Assembly (NCBI GenBank): GCA_918797485.1
Contig: CAKKNE010000005.1
Span: 5,084,001 to 5,148,000 of the forward strand
Length of the DNA: 64,000 nt
Direction: 5' to 3'
DNA from: Pelagomonas calceolata
Taxonomy: Eukaryota
Positions 22,108 to 33,429 of the stretch are shown one piece after another (position 1 is the stretch's first letter; the number at the start of each line of letters is the position of its first letter). Made by a program: the position numbers and the translations under genes. The notes beneath the pieces were generated by a model, which searched no databases, was not told the origin of the DNA, and saw only the letters and a program-made list of their open reading frames with translations.

Positions 22108-24912
22108 ATGGCAGCGCCCTCGCAGCGCATGGCCAGCCAGGCCTCGCCCAAGGCCGCCGTGCGCGACGCCAAGGAGGCGCGCAACGCGCGCATCCGCCGC
22201 TCCGCGTCGTTCCGGTCGAGCATCACGGAAACGCTCTCTCCCCTAGAACAGCTGCACCTGCCCATCGGCTTCGCGTCCGTCCCGCCGGACCACCACAGCA
22301 AGCGCGATAGTCGGAATAGCCTCGACGACGACGTCGAGGTCCACGTCGAACCGCGGAAGATCGTCGTCTCGGACTGCGTGGCCCACGGCGTGCGGGCGCC
22401 GGGCGCGCGCGACGGCATGGTGCTCGTGGCGGACGGCTCGAGGTCGCCGCGGGCGATGAAGCTGTTTCGCGTGATGCGCGGCGACTACTTGAAGCGGCCC
22501 TGGGACGCGGCGCCGCACCTGCTGCCGGACCTGATCAAGCAGGACCGCGAGCCGTGGGAGGACCGCGTAGCACAATGTGTGAAACGGCGGCGCGAGTTGG
22601 AAAGGGCGTTCCGGGCGAAGACGCTGCACGAGCTGGGGCGGGACGACCGCCGGCGCGCGCGCGCGGCGCGGGCGCACAAGGACGCGGCGCTCCTCCGCAT
22701 GGTCGCGCTGGGGGCGCGCGCCGAGTTGATGAAGGGCGAGCTCCTGCGGGACCGCCGCGAGGCCGCCGAGGAGGAGGATGACGACCACGAGGAACAAGCG
22801 GTCGCGGCGACGCCGTCGCCGAAGCAGCGGTCGCGGAGACGCGACCGGCGCAGGGCCGCCGAAGCTTTAACGGGAGAATCGTCGACGAAAATAGGTCGGT
22901 GGTGGCTCGGGCTCAAGATACGGTGGCTCCTCAACGGCATAAGCATCGCGCGGCGCGTCCGCGTCACGCTCACGGTGACCAAGATCACGCAACAGATCAT
23001 AGCCAAGTACCGGAACCGCGTCTATCGACGGAGCGCGGACATCATCCACCACTTCCTGGCCAAGGCCGAGAAGTGCCAGGGCAAGCGCGGCATGAAGTTA
23101 CTCGTGAGGAAGATCAAGCTCGCGCAGCGCATGGTGCGCGGCTGGGTCGCGACGCGGCAGGCGCGGATCGCGGCGTTGCACCGCGCCTTTGCGCTCGCGG
23201 AGATCGACTTCCAGCACGAGCTCGACAGAAGGCGCGTCGAGGTCGAGGTCCACGCTATCCGACGGACATCGCATCCGGACTCCATGTTCTACGCTGTGTG
23301 GAAATCAACCAGTGTGTCGGTTCAGCAAGAAGGCGCCGTGAAATTTTGATTTCCACACAGGTTCTACGACCGCGCCCAGGCTCTGGCTACGGCGGACCAC
23401 CGGCTGCAGGCGATCTTGCCCATCGAGGGCAATAGTCTCGTGGCGCAGGTCTTGCGGAGGGCCGAAATCCGGAGCCGGGATCCGGAACGGGCGTCGCGGG
23501 AGCTTCGGGAAGAGGTCATCGTCGACGACCCGTACCACCACGCGGTGTTCAGTCGCAAAGAGCGGACGAGGACCGTGGAGGAGGTCTTACGAAGAGTGCG
23601 CCGATGGCACGGCACGCACGCCGTCGAGGCCTACGAAAAGTATTTACAGAAGTGCCACGAGGTCCGCGCCGACGACGTCCGCGCCCGTGTAGAAATCAAA
23701 TTTGTCGCGACGCGTCTCCGCTTATGGTTGAATCATAAATTCCACGCCATCGACGCGGCACCTTCTCGACGGCATGGCGGTGTGGGTTTTACACTCGCCC
23801 CTCGCGCTGCGCGGCGCCGTGACGAACGAGCCCGGCGCTCGTGCTCCGCTACGAGCGCGCCGGCGACGAGGCGGTCGAGGACGCGCCCGCGTGGCTGCAA
23901 AGCGCCCCGGTCGTCGTCGAGGTGACCGCAGCAGCAAACCAACAATTGGCGGTCACCGAGGCGCCGGACGTGGTCGGCGTCGTGCGTTTTGAGGGCGTGG
24001 CCGTGGCGCCCGTGCCAGCCAGCACGGGCACGTCGTCGCCGAGAATGACTCTGCGATGCACCCGACTTACTGGTTGATTCATGCACAGGTGCGGATCATG
24101 CTCGCGAAGCCCGGGCGCCTCACACGGCAGGACACGCTCGACGTCCTGCAGCGGCCCGCGGACAAGGTGTCGCGGTACCCCATGTTTCGGCCGCTCACAG
24201 GGCCGCACAACGTTCTCGAGGAGATGCGCGTCGAGCTGGAACCTGTGTGGAAATTTACGGCGCGTTCGTCCTGAATCGCCGCGTATCTAGACCTCCACGC
24301 CATCGCCGCGACGCCTGCTCAATACGTGGCGGTGTCGGTTCCTCACAACTCGACTCAGCCAGCACGGGCACGACGACAAACTGGTTGATTTGATTTCCAC
24401 ACAGGCTGGAACGGGTGCACGCGTGGCGCCACCCGCCGCGCAAGGAGCGGTCGAAGCGCAAGCGCGCGGCGCGCGTCATTCAGGCGCGGTGGCGCGGGAC
24501 CCCGCTGAAGCCCGAGGTGGACCGCGACGCGCTCGAGGCGATCTTCACGGAGTTCTGCCGGGTCTACCGCATGGCCGACATGAACAACACGATCTGGGCC
24601 AAGCTCTGTAGGGAGACGAAGGGGCTGCTGGACGACAAGTTCACGCGCGACTCGGGCATCGACATGATCTGGACGCGCTGCGCGAAGACGAACAAGACCG
24701 TCGGCTTCCCCGTCTTCGAGGCCATGCTGCGCGAGGTCGCGGCCCTGAAGGGCATGGATCTGTTTCAGCTCGAGTCGTTGGTCGTCGAAAACGCGAAAGT
24801 GAAGCAGTCCGGCACCAAAGCCCAGAACGTCAAGTTCTACGAGGTGCCCAAGCCGAAGACGACGAAGGGCGACCAGATCGACCTCGCGTCGATGACGAAC
24901 ACGGGGCGATAA
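22108..24912 (+). CDS. IQ-motif protein with C-terminal p25-alpha/TPPP-like domain (exons 22108-23285, 23361-23676, 24089-24234, 24405-24912; ~715 aa)
   Basis: Four ORF pieces join in frame after removing three introner introns. IQ motifs AQRMVRGW and IQARWRG. LEAIFTEFC...MNNTIWAKLCRE...IDMIW...F..ML.EVA..KG...SGTKAQNVKF resembles TPPP. Confidence 0.75.
23286..23360 (+). mobile_element. Introner intron 3 (GT-AG; element 23294-23360)
   Basis: Perfect TSD gttctacg and perfect 15-bp TIR ctgtgtggaaatcaa / ttgatttccacacag. Confidence 0.95.
23677..24088 (+). mobile_element. Introner intron 4 (GT-AG; element 23685-24088) with ~220-bp internal insertion
   Basis: Ends ccgtgtagaaatcaa / ttgattcatgcacag; TSD diverged (gtccgcgc / gtgcggat). 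Both flanks align with the elements at 36332 and 24243. The phase-0 join fits. Confidence 0.75.
24235..24404 (+). mobile_element. Introner intron 5 (GC-AG; element 24243-24404)
   Basis: Perfect TSD gctggaac; ends ctgtgtggaaattta / ttgatttccacacag. Confidence 0.92.
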
Positions 24913-24927
24913 GACCAAGATAGCTAC

Positions 24928-26355
24928 TCACGTATTATTAGGGTCCCCGCCGCGGGCCGGCGCTGGCGCGGCGCCCGGCTGGTGGTAGTACGCGGGGTAA
25001 CCGTGCACCTGCAGGGGCGACAGGGGGAGCATCTGCGGCGGCGCGTCGGCCGCGGCCGGTGCTCCTGTCGGCGAGCTTGGCAATCCTGTCGGCACGCTCG
25101 CGACGCGGTCGAACAGCTCGTCCACGGCGCACGCCGGGTCCACCGCCGGGAACGCCGCGACGGCCGCGCGCGCGAGGGCCCGCCCCAGCCGCGCCTCGTT
25201 CAGGCCCGCCACGCCCGTCAGCTCCAGCTTGCATAGACGCGCGCAGTCCCGCCGATCGAGCAGGTCCGGACACAGTCGCTTGTCGCGGCACAGCCGCAGG
25301 AAGCCAGCCGGCGACACGTGGCCCACGCCAGTACCTTCCTTGTACGCGTCGAACAGCGCGCGCAACTGGGGCTTCTGCTCCGCCGCCACATCACCGTCGG
25401 AGCGCGGCGGCGGCGCCGGCTTCCGCAGGTCCACTATCTTGGTCTGCTTCAGGGGCGTCTCGAGGGGCACCTCGCTGTGGCGTTGGTCGTCATTTAAAAC
25501 AGAGGGTGATGCCCAGTCCGTGGCCTCGAACTCGTTGCCCTGGCGGGTGTGCATCGGGGTCGCGTGGCGCGCGACGACTTGCGAGACGGCGGCGCAGAGG
25601 TCGGACCAATCTAGGGTTTTGCGCTGAAGCCTAACGACCAATCTAGGTTCCAAGGCTCGCTTCAGGTCGTTCTCCACGTCGTCCGCGGCCTCGGCGTCGT
25701 CCTCCCAGAACGTCTCCGAGGGCGGCGTCAGGAGCACGCCACCTACGACGGGCTGGAGCGCCTGCGCCAGGGCGTCGTTCAGCTCGCGAAGCGACTGCGT
25801 CGTCGCGTCGCGGAACTCCGCTGCCTTCTGTCTTTCTTCTGCCAGCGACGCCTCCGCCGCCTCGGCGCGCCGCTCGAGCAAGAGGACGGTCCGCAGCGCC
25901 ATGTCTTCCTCGTCGTCCGGCGAGTCTTCCTCGTCGTCCGGCGAGTCTTCCACGAAGTCGCCCTCCGGCGCCTCCTCGACAAAAACGGCGTCCTCGCCCC
26001 CCTGGCCCGCGGCCGCGGCGAACAGCGCCTCCTTGCCCGGGCTCGGCGCCAGCTCCGTCGTCCGGCCTTCCACGAGCGACTCCGCGAGCGGCTCGCGCAG
26101 CACGACGGGCCGCGGCGCGTCCTCCGGCAGCTCCTCGACGTACGCGCCCGGAAACAACCCGCCCCGCGGCCGCTCGCCGTCGACGACGACGCCGAACCAC
26201 CACCCGTCGTCCTGCTTCTGGTGGCACTGGACCTCGTCCCCCGCTCTTAGTGACAACTCCTCGGGGCCCTCGGCCACGAAATCGTAGATGGCGCGACACA
26301 GCAGCGTCGGCTCGCCGCGCCGCTCGCGCGCCGCTTTGCGGACGGCTTTGAGCAT
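24928..26355 (-). CDS. SH3-domain protein with coiled coil and C-terminal EF-hand-like region
   Basis: CRAIYDFVAEGPEELSLRAGDEV...DDGWWFG...GLFPGAYVE is a canonical SH3; LRALFDAY...VSPAGFLRLC follows. Confidence 0.85.
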   Translation of the reverse strand: MLKAVRKAARERRGEPTLLCRAIYDFVAEGPEELSLRAGDEVQCHQKQDDGWWFGVVVDGERPRGGLFPGAYVEELPEDAPRPVVLREPLAESLVEGRTTELAPSPGKEALFAAAAGQGGEDAVFVEEAPEGDFVEDSPDDEEDSPDDEEDMALRTVLLLERRAEAAEASLAEERQKAAEFRDATTQSLRELNDALAQALQPVVGGVLLTPPSETFWEDDAEAADDVENDLKRALEPRLVVRLQRKTLDWSDLCAAVSQVVARHATPMHTRQGNEFEATDWASPSVLNDDQRHSEVPLETPLKQTKIVDLRKPAPPPRSDGDVAAEQKPQLRALFDAYKEGTGVGHVSPAGFLRLCRDKRLCPDLLDRRDCARLCKLELTGVAGLNEARLGRALARAAVAAFPAVDPACAVDELFDRVASVPTGLPSSPTGAPAAADAPPQMLPLSPLQVHGYPAYYHQPGAAPAPARGGDPNNT

Positions 26356-26914
26356 TGCGGTTTGCCTGTCGGCCTCCCTTTGTCACCTTATGTGCAGTGT
26401 GCGCGGGCTCTGTCGCCTAATGTACGCGGAATGTACGCGGGCAGCGTCCTGGATGGGCTGCAGCTGCTTGCCTTGGACTATTGCTGGCTGCAGCTGCCTG
26501 GATGGGCAGCGCGTTAGCGGATGGTCTGCTGGCGGCGGTGCTTCGTTGCGGTCAGAGTTGCCCGCGCGTTTCCTCCTCTGTAATTAGCGCGCTCTCCCAG
26601 CTGCAGGCCTGGTGAGACAAACCCCGCCCGCTTAATATTGCACCTGGCCAGTAGGGAGAGGTATACTTGCCGCCGACGTATCCCTGTAGCGCTCGGGCCG
26701 TCCTCTGTTTTCCGTGGCGGCGCCACTGGCCGCGCCGCGGGCAGTCCCCGGTTGGCGCACTCGGTACCGTCTATCACCGACACCACTGGCGCGAAGGCTG
26801 CCCCATAGGATCGTGGGACCCGCCACCGCTCGGTACAGGACGGCTGAGGCGTGACGGCTGCTTGACGCCCGAGAATCTGGAGCCAGTGCCAGCAGGCTGC
26901 CACAGCACGCCATC

Positions 26915-29111
26915 GATGAGACCGCGCGCGCGCCAAATGGACCGCGCCAAGGTCCGCGAGGTCATGGACCTCACGCTCTGCACGGAGGCCCGCGCGCGCG
27001 CCGCCCTCGCCGCGGCCAACGGCGACCAGCGGGCCGCCGTCAACGAGGTCCTGTCGCCCACAACACCAAGCCTCCACGAGCGGACGCTCCAGGAGACACT
27101 GCGACGGCGCGGCCAGACCGCCGATGAGGCCTTTGCGGACCGGGACCTGCGCGAGGCGATGCAGAGAAGCCTAGGGTCCGGCCGGTCGGCCATAGAAGAG
27201 AGGGAGATGGTCGAGCGCTTGAGGTTGCACACGGACACGACGAGGGTCGAGGCGCGAGCGGCGCTTGTGGCCTGCGGCTGGCACGAGGGCCGCGCCGCGG
27301 AACAGTTGCTGCCGGCACAGATATACCTGAGCCCGCAGGACCGCCGGGCCGAGAAGATCCGCCAGGTGCGTGAGATCGCCCGCGTGGACGCGCGCTGGGC
27401 CGAGCTCGCGCTCGACGCGTGCGACGGCGACGCGGAGGCAGCTGTCGCGTTCGTCTGCGGCGGCATGTCGCCGCCATCCCAGCGCGCAGCGACGGCTTTG
27501 GACGAGTCGTCGTCCGTTCTGGCCGCTGCGCGGCGGGCGCGGGCCACGCCGCTCCCGGACCACGACGACCGCCCGGCGCCGCTCGCGACGCCCGCGTCGC
27601 CGGTCGTGAGGACAGCTCCCCCAACAACGGAACAGAACCTCGTGTCGCCCAAGGCCCTGGACGCCATTCCCGACGCCGACGTCGTCGCCCAGGCAGCCGC
27701 GGATTTGGAGCGGGCGCTGCGCGAGGCCGAGGGCCGCAAGCGCCGGCGCTCGCTCCCGTCGCCGGTGACGCCGCTGTCGCCCGAGCGCCGCGCCGCCTCG
27801 CTCGCGGCGGCCTCGACGACGCTCGCGGCGGCCTCGCTCGAAATGCAGCAGCGCCTTGACGCCGCGGCGGCGCGCGACGCCGCGAACGAGGCGCTCCAGG
27901 CGGAGCGGGACCGCAACCGCCGGGCGGCGCTCGCGGCTGCGGAACAACGGGCTAGGGAGGCGGCGGAAAAGCGCGTTGCGGCAGCTTTGCAGGTGCAGGC
28001 GGCGCACCGCGGTCGCAACGGTCGCGCTGCGTGTGTTGCGCGGCGCGAGGCCGCGGCGCTGCTCCTGGCTTGTGCACGACGCCGCCTGGACCGTGTGACT
28101 GCGCAAGCCGAGGCGGAGATGCGACGGGACGCTGGTGCGACTCTACGAGCGTGTGCGAGGCGGCGGCAGGATCGTTTGACCGCACGAGCCGAATTGTCGG
28201 CGCGGCGCGACGCGACCTTGATGTTGAGCTCCTGTGCGCGGCGGCACCAAGATCGTTTGACAGCGCGATTCGAAGCGGAGAGGCGACGTGACGCGGGCGA
28301 GACGTTAAGGGGATGCGCGAGGCGACGTCAGGATCGTTTAGCTGCGCAAGCGGAGGCCGAGAAGCGGCGGGGTGCAGCGGCGACGTTGGGCGCGTCCATG
28401 AGACAACGCCAAGCGCGCCTCGCCGCGCAAGCCGAGGCGGACAGGCGGCGCGAGGCTGCGTCGGCGCTCGGCGGCGGCGCGAAGTGCGCGCTCGCACGAC
28501 GGCGCGTCGCTGCCGAAAGGGAGCGGGCACTGGAGCGGCTCCGCCGGGAGGCGGACGCGGCCGCCGATCGGGCGCGGCGAGAGAACGCGGCGCGGGCTCG
28601 TGCTCTCGAGGCGGCCGTCGTCGTGGAGGCGCCACCAGCGAAGCCTGCCGTGGTAGTTGTGGAGACTCCTGCGGTGGAGACCGTCGTCCAGCCGGTCGAA
28701 CCGCCCCCACTCGTCGAGGAGACAACGACGCCCACGATCGAGGAGACGCCTATCGCCGTTGCGCCTGCCGAGCCTGTCGTGGAGCCGCGACCCGCGAAAG
28801 CGCCGCACCAGCTTGTGGAGCGCGTCCTGACGCAGCTGGCCAAGCCGGCGGTGTATCCGGGCAAAAAGACCGAGCCAGCCGCCGTCCCGAAGCAGCGGAG
28901 ACCGACGAACCCCCGCGGCCGCACCGTCGAGGCGCGGACCACTGCGCGGGAGCTCGACCCGTTGGAGCGGCTGCGACGCGCGGCGCGAAACGCGGCGCGC
29001 GAGAAGCGGGCCGCCGCGGGCTCGGCGCTCGTCGCCGTCCGCATGAGCTCGTCGCTCGACGGACGGTTCTCGGGCGATTTCGGCGGCCGCGTACCGATGC
29101 GCAAACTTTAG
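26915..29111 (+). CDS. Protein with three UBA-like helical repeats, an IQ motif and ~26-aa tandem repeats
   Basis: ARAALAAANGDQRAAVNEVL, ARAALVACGWHEGRAAEQLL, AELALDACDGDAEAAVAFV; LQVQAAHRGRNGR; RRDAGATLRACARRRQDRL repeated about 5 times. Confidence 0.7.
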
Positions 29112-29143
29112 TAGTGTGTTAAAATTTTCCAGACAGTCACGGT

Positions 29144-29299
29144 ATATGTATATGATTATTCCGAGGATGCGGGTCGACGGGAAGGGGAGGGTAGGACCGC
29201 ACCTTAGCCGAAGGAGCCGCGCCGCCGCTTCGCCAGGCGCCGCGCGATCGCCTCCTTGTGGCGCGCGGCGCTGTCGGCGCGGCTCTGCGTCCGCGCCGC
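29144..29299. repeat. Direct-repeat copy A (~155 bp) of 33276-33429
   Basis: atatgtatatgattattccgaggatgcgggtcgacgggaaggggaggg...ttagccgaaggagccgcg...ctctgcgtccgcgccgc is near-identical at both sites. Confidence 0.95.
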
Positions 29300-29352
29300 C
29301 GCTTCCCGGTGTTTCTGCTACTTCAGAATAGTACTTACTCGAGTAACCCCGC

Positions 29353-29960
29353 TCAGTCGTCGAGGAACATCATCTCGAACTCGCCGGCCTTGCTCTCGAG
29401 GCCCCCTTGATCAAGCGTCTCGAAGCGCGGCTCCGACCAATTGGGGTCGATGAAGACGAGCTGGCGGATATGGGGCGCGTCGAGCGCCCCCACGACCACG
29501 CGAACGTGGTCGCCGCAGACGAGCAAACCGGGCATGCGGTTCGGGACGCTGTAGTACTCGACTACGTCGTGCAGCACGTCGGACGCCGCGTCTACCCCTT
29601 CGTAAGAAAAGGTCGACGCCTCGATGCCCGCGTGGCCGAAGAGCACCTTCGCCTCGGGCGCGCCCAAGGACGCCAGCCGACCGCGGCGCCCGACCAACGG
29701 CTTGGGCGACCGCCCCACGATGAAGTCCTGTCCGTCGGGATCGAGACCGTCACCCCAGGCCGCCACTAGCGCCGCCTGTAGGTCCCTGATCGATGCGGCG
29801 TCGCCGTCCTCATCGACCAGGTGACGAGATCGTAGCGCCGCCTCGTGCGCTTCGCCGCGGTTCGCGACCGCGACCAGGACCATTTGGATCGCCGCATAAG
29901 AACAGCTCCACCAGTAGCGCTGGTGATATAGCGGAACCACGCCTGCGCATAGGAGAACGC
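29353..29960 (-). pseudogene. ZUP1/Mug105-like peptidase C78 domain, lacking a clear ATG (fragment or gene with unresolved 5' exon)
   Basis: YHQ..WWSCSYAAIQM, SIRDLQAALVAAW..GLDPDG, LGAPEA, GDHVRVVVG, VFIDP parallel the C78 Cys/His/Asp motifs. Confidence 0.6.
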
Positions 29961-29974
29961 CGGCGTGTAGCCTC

Positions 29975-30341
29975 GGGTCATCTCGCACTCTCCCTCGCAC
30001 GATTTGGGAAGTACGTCTCGGACCTCCCGGGCCAGCTCACGGTCGGCGAGAAGTTCCGAGACGCCCTCCGCGCTGCCGAGGGCAAGGCCTTCCCGCCTGC
30101 GACCGCGGACTACGATCCCCTCGCGAGACACGTCGCCGAGAGCATCGCCAACTACCTCCGGAACCCCATCAGAATGACCTCGACCGGCAACCTCGAGCAG
30201 TACGAGCTCGTCATCAACGAGCTCTTCGACTTCGCGAAGTACATCGTCGAAGAGTCCGCGAGACACACCCCTGTGGACCCCCCTCTCAATTTTGACGAGA
30301 CGATGTGGGACAGCCGCGACCACATCCTGGAGGACGGGTAA
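29975..30341 (+). pseudogene. Coding-like fragment of unknown family, back-to-back with the C78 fragment
   Basis: Strong GC3 codon pattern and natural composition (…NYLRNPIRMTSTGNLEQYELVINELFDFAKYI…), but no start codon or promoter space. Confidence 0.4.
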
Positions 30342-31286
30342 TTTTAATTTTTTGTCCTGGGCAGCGCACGAGCGTGTCGACGGGGAGGCGGGCGGTCGCC
30401 GCTTCGGCCGCGCGTCGCACCGGGCGTGACGACGAGAGGCGGTGTCGCGGCCCCGCGGTCCGACGAACCATCTATGTCTGGCCGCGACGCGGTCGACGCC
30501 AGGTCCCGCGCGGCGACCGCCGACGCTCGCGTAGGAACCGCACCGCGTCGCTTCGATCAGAAGCGGTCGCGTCCCGCCGCTCCAGGGCTTGGCGAAGGCT
30601 TCGGTGGCGCTCATCTATCGCTCTGGATGGCCGCGACGCGATCGACGATACGTCTTGCACGGCGGCTGGCGCTTTTCTCGGACGACACACATAGCATCAC
30701 GTCGAAGCAGACTGGAAGCCGTCAGGCGCGGCCTCGGCCTTCCACGGCCCCACGAATGCTATGGCGGTGCCCGAGCGCGTTCAGGGACACGTCGTCCTGA
30801 CGCACGGGCCAGCGCAGGCGCTCGTCGGCATCGCGCCGCACAGGCCGCGGGTCTAGGTATGCGCCGCGCCGGTCAGTCGATCGCTGCTCTCGGCGCCAGC
30901 GAGCGATGCGCACCGCGCGACACGGCGGTTTCGCGGACGAGTCCGCGCGTGGTAGTAATTGTCGAGGCGCCAGCGCGCAGCACGCTGGGACCTCTGCGCT
31001 GACGCAACCGATCGCTAAGCCGCCGCGGTGGCTGGGCTGCTGTGGCGTGCTGTTCAATCTCGCCAGCGCGGCAGCAGCGCTCGTCGCGACTGCGCGACGA
31101 GCTCAAGACCGAGCCGGAGCAGTGCTGGCTTGCGTTTTTTGAGAGATAATTGCACGAGTGTGGCGAGCACGGCCGCGAGAGCTTGCTGGCTAGTGTCTTT
31201 ACAGCACGCTAGCCCTGCTCCGGCGCAAGTTTCAGCTCTCGCGGAGTTTTGAGGGCATTCGAACAACAGTGGTAGCAGTTAACATT

Positions 31287-33208
31287 ATGGATCGCATCCG
31301 AGGCTGGTTCGGCGGCAAGCGCGGCGTCGACACCGAGGCGCCCACGCCGCCGCCCAAGCGCAAGGCCAAGGAGGCACCCAAGCCGGCGGAGCGGCACAAC
31401 ACGTTAGCCGCGTGCGTCGCCAAGGGGCCCGACGCCTACACCGTAACATTAGAAAACGGCACCATCGGCGGCGTCGGCGAGAAGGGCGGTCTGTCGGACG
31501 AGAAGCTGCGGCAAGAAGCGACCCGCTCGCGCGACGCGCCGGTGCCCACGACAAAAAGTCCGGTAGTCGACGCGAGCTGGGAGCAGCAGCCGCGCGTGCT
31601 GAACCCGGCCCTGCTCGGAGAAGGCCTGCCGGTCCCGGAGGGCACGTTCGCCGGCAAGAAATGGTACGAAAATCGCTGGTTGCCGTGGCAGTGGACCATC
31701 TACCTCCAAATGATGTACTGGGTGCAAAAGGCGCGCGGTGTCGTGCCCCAGTGCTGTTTATGTTTGGGCTTCATTAGCTTTTGTACTGCGGACGCGCTGG
31801 TGCGGTCGGTGCTTCGCTGCGCCTTTGGGACGCCGTTTCTATCTAACAATAGCGTCGTGCGGGTGGCTTGCCGGTGTCCCGCGCAACCGCCCGACGCGCC
31901 CATCACGCCGCCGCGCGCAGGTCGACCGTAGGTTGATGGAAGCGGCCGCAGATCGGGCCTGGGAGATGCGAAAGAAGTTTGATTTGAGGCCGGGCGTTAT
32001 TGTTAATGTTACTACTCCGGAGACGGCGGAAAAAGGCGTGTGGGTGGGGGAAGGTGGTGCGGGCAAGGCCGATTGCTACTCCTCTTATTGCACGGGCGAG
32101 GCCAAGCATACCCGCAATCACCTTAAAAGTCTACAATCGAAGGGCCTCGGCGGCATGGTTTATACCGACCTCATTGCGTCTCTGCAACGCGAAGGGGGCA
32201 CTGATGAAAAGTCAGCGCGCTTTGGCAATTTCGTCAAAGAGTGCGGCGCCTCGGAGATCTTCTGCGCCGACGACGTTGATGCAGAAGATGTTAGCTTAGC
32301 TTTGTGCGACGATGGAGCTGCCGGCGACGACGGTGTGGTCCAGCTCGTCCTGCCCGTGTGGTGTTCAGCGGCCGGCATGGAGGTCACGATGCGACTCACG
32401 ACCTGCGAGACGGCGGCGTCCTCCTATTTCACTTGTTTTTGTCGACATTTTTGTGATAGGTCGCGGGCTGGCCGACACGGTCGAGGAGCCGGACGCGGAG
32501 TACTGCGAAAGGATGTGCGCGGCCGTCGACGATATGATTGGGGGACGGGGGAGTCTCGCAGATAGGTACCGTCGGACGGGCCTGATCTACAACGAGAAAG
32601 ATCCCTCATCTAACGGCGAGCTTTCTTGGATTCTTGCCGCCTCCTATAGCTCGAAGAAGGACATGGGAGCATATGTTATCGCCTTAAATAGGGCGCGGAA
32701 CGGTTCACGAGCGCTGGTCGAGCAGACGAACGCGGCGTTGGAGGAGGTCGCCGCGGTGCAGGGCACCAATCTAGAGGCGCTGCGGGCCGACGCCCGCAAG
32801 AGAGAGATAGTAGTGAAGGAGGTGCGGCGCGTCGGCTTTGGCAACGTACCGAAGCAGGCCGGCTTCGGCAAAGATTTGAAAAGGGGCTTCAAGCGCTTCC
32901 TCGGGGATGTGACGAAGCGGCTGCGGTTGACTGGGTGCATGGGGTCCGCCAACACGACGGCCCACCATCCTCAGATCTTCACGGGGACCGCGGGGACCGC
33001 GCCGATGCCCCCGGCGGGGCCGCCGCCGGGATACGCGCTTCCGCCCGCGCCTGCCGCGGCGCCCGCGCCCGCGGCGCCTCAGACGCCGGGTCCGGGGGGT
33101 CCGCGGCGCTTCTCCACGCCGATGGGGCAGGACGCGGTCGACAACCAGCGGGGCCCGCCGCGGAACGCTCCGCCGTCGGCGCAGCGCAGCGCGTTCCAGA
33201 CGCCGTAG
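31287..33208 (+). CDS. Hypothetical multi-exon protein (probable introns ~31731-31920 GC-AG and ending ~32459)
   Basis: Three consecutive coding-like ORF segments separated by intron-like stretches; lower GC3 than neighbours. The second donor is unresolved. Confidence 0.5.
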
Positions 33209-33275
33209 TAGGCCGCTGAGAGATCGCCTGGGGCGTCGCCCTGTTGTAGTTAACTACTGTAAGCTCATGCCAGTG

Positions 33276-33429
33276 ATATGTATATGATTATTCCGAGGAT
33301 GCGGGTCGACGGGAAGGGGAGGGACCACGCACCTTAGCCGAAGGAGCCGCGCCGCCGCTTCGCCAGGCGCCGCGCAATCGCCTCCTTGTGGCGCGCGGCG
33401 CTATCGGCGCGGCTCTGCGTCCGCGCCGC
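33276..33429. repeat. Direct-repeat copy B: last codons, stop and 3' flank of the receptor gene
   Basis: See 29144-29299. Confidence 0.95.

Noticed and set aside
25903..25950. 21-bp tandem duplication in the SH3 gene (EEDSPDD x2)
   Set aside because: Ordinary in-frame slippage in an acidic linker.
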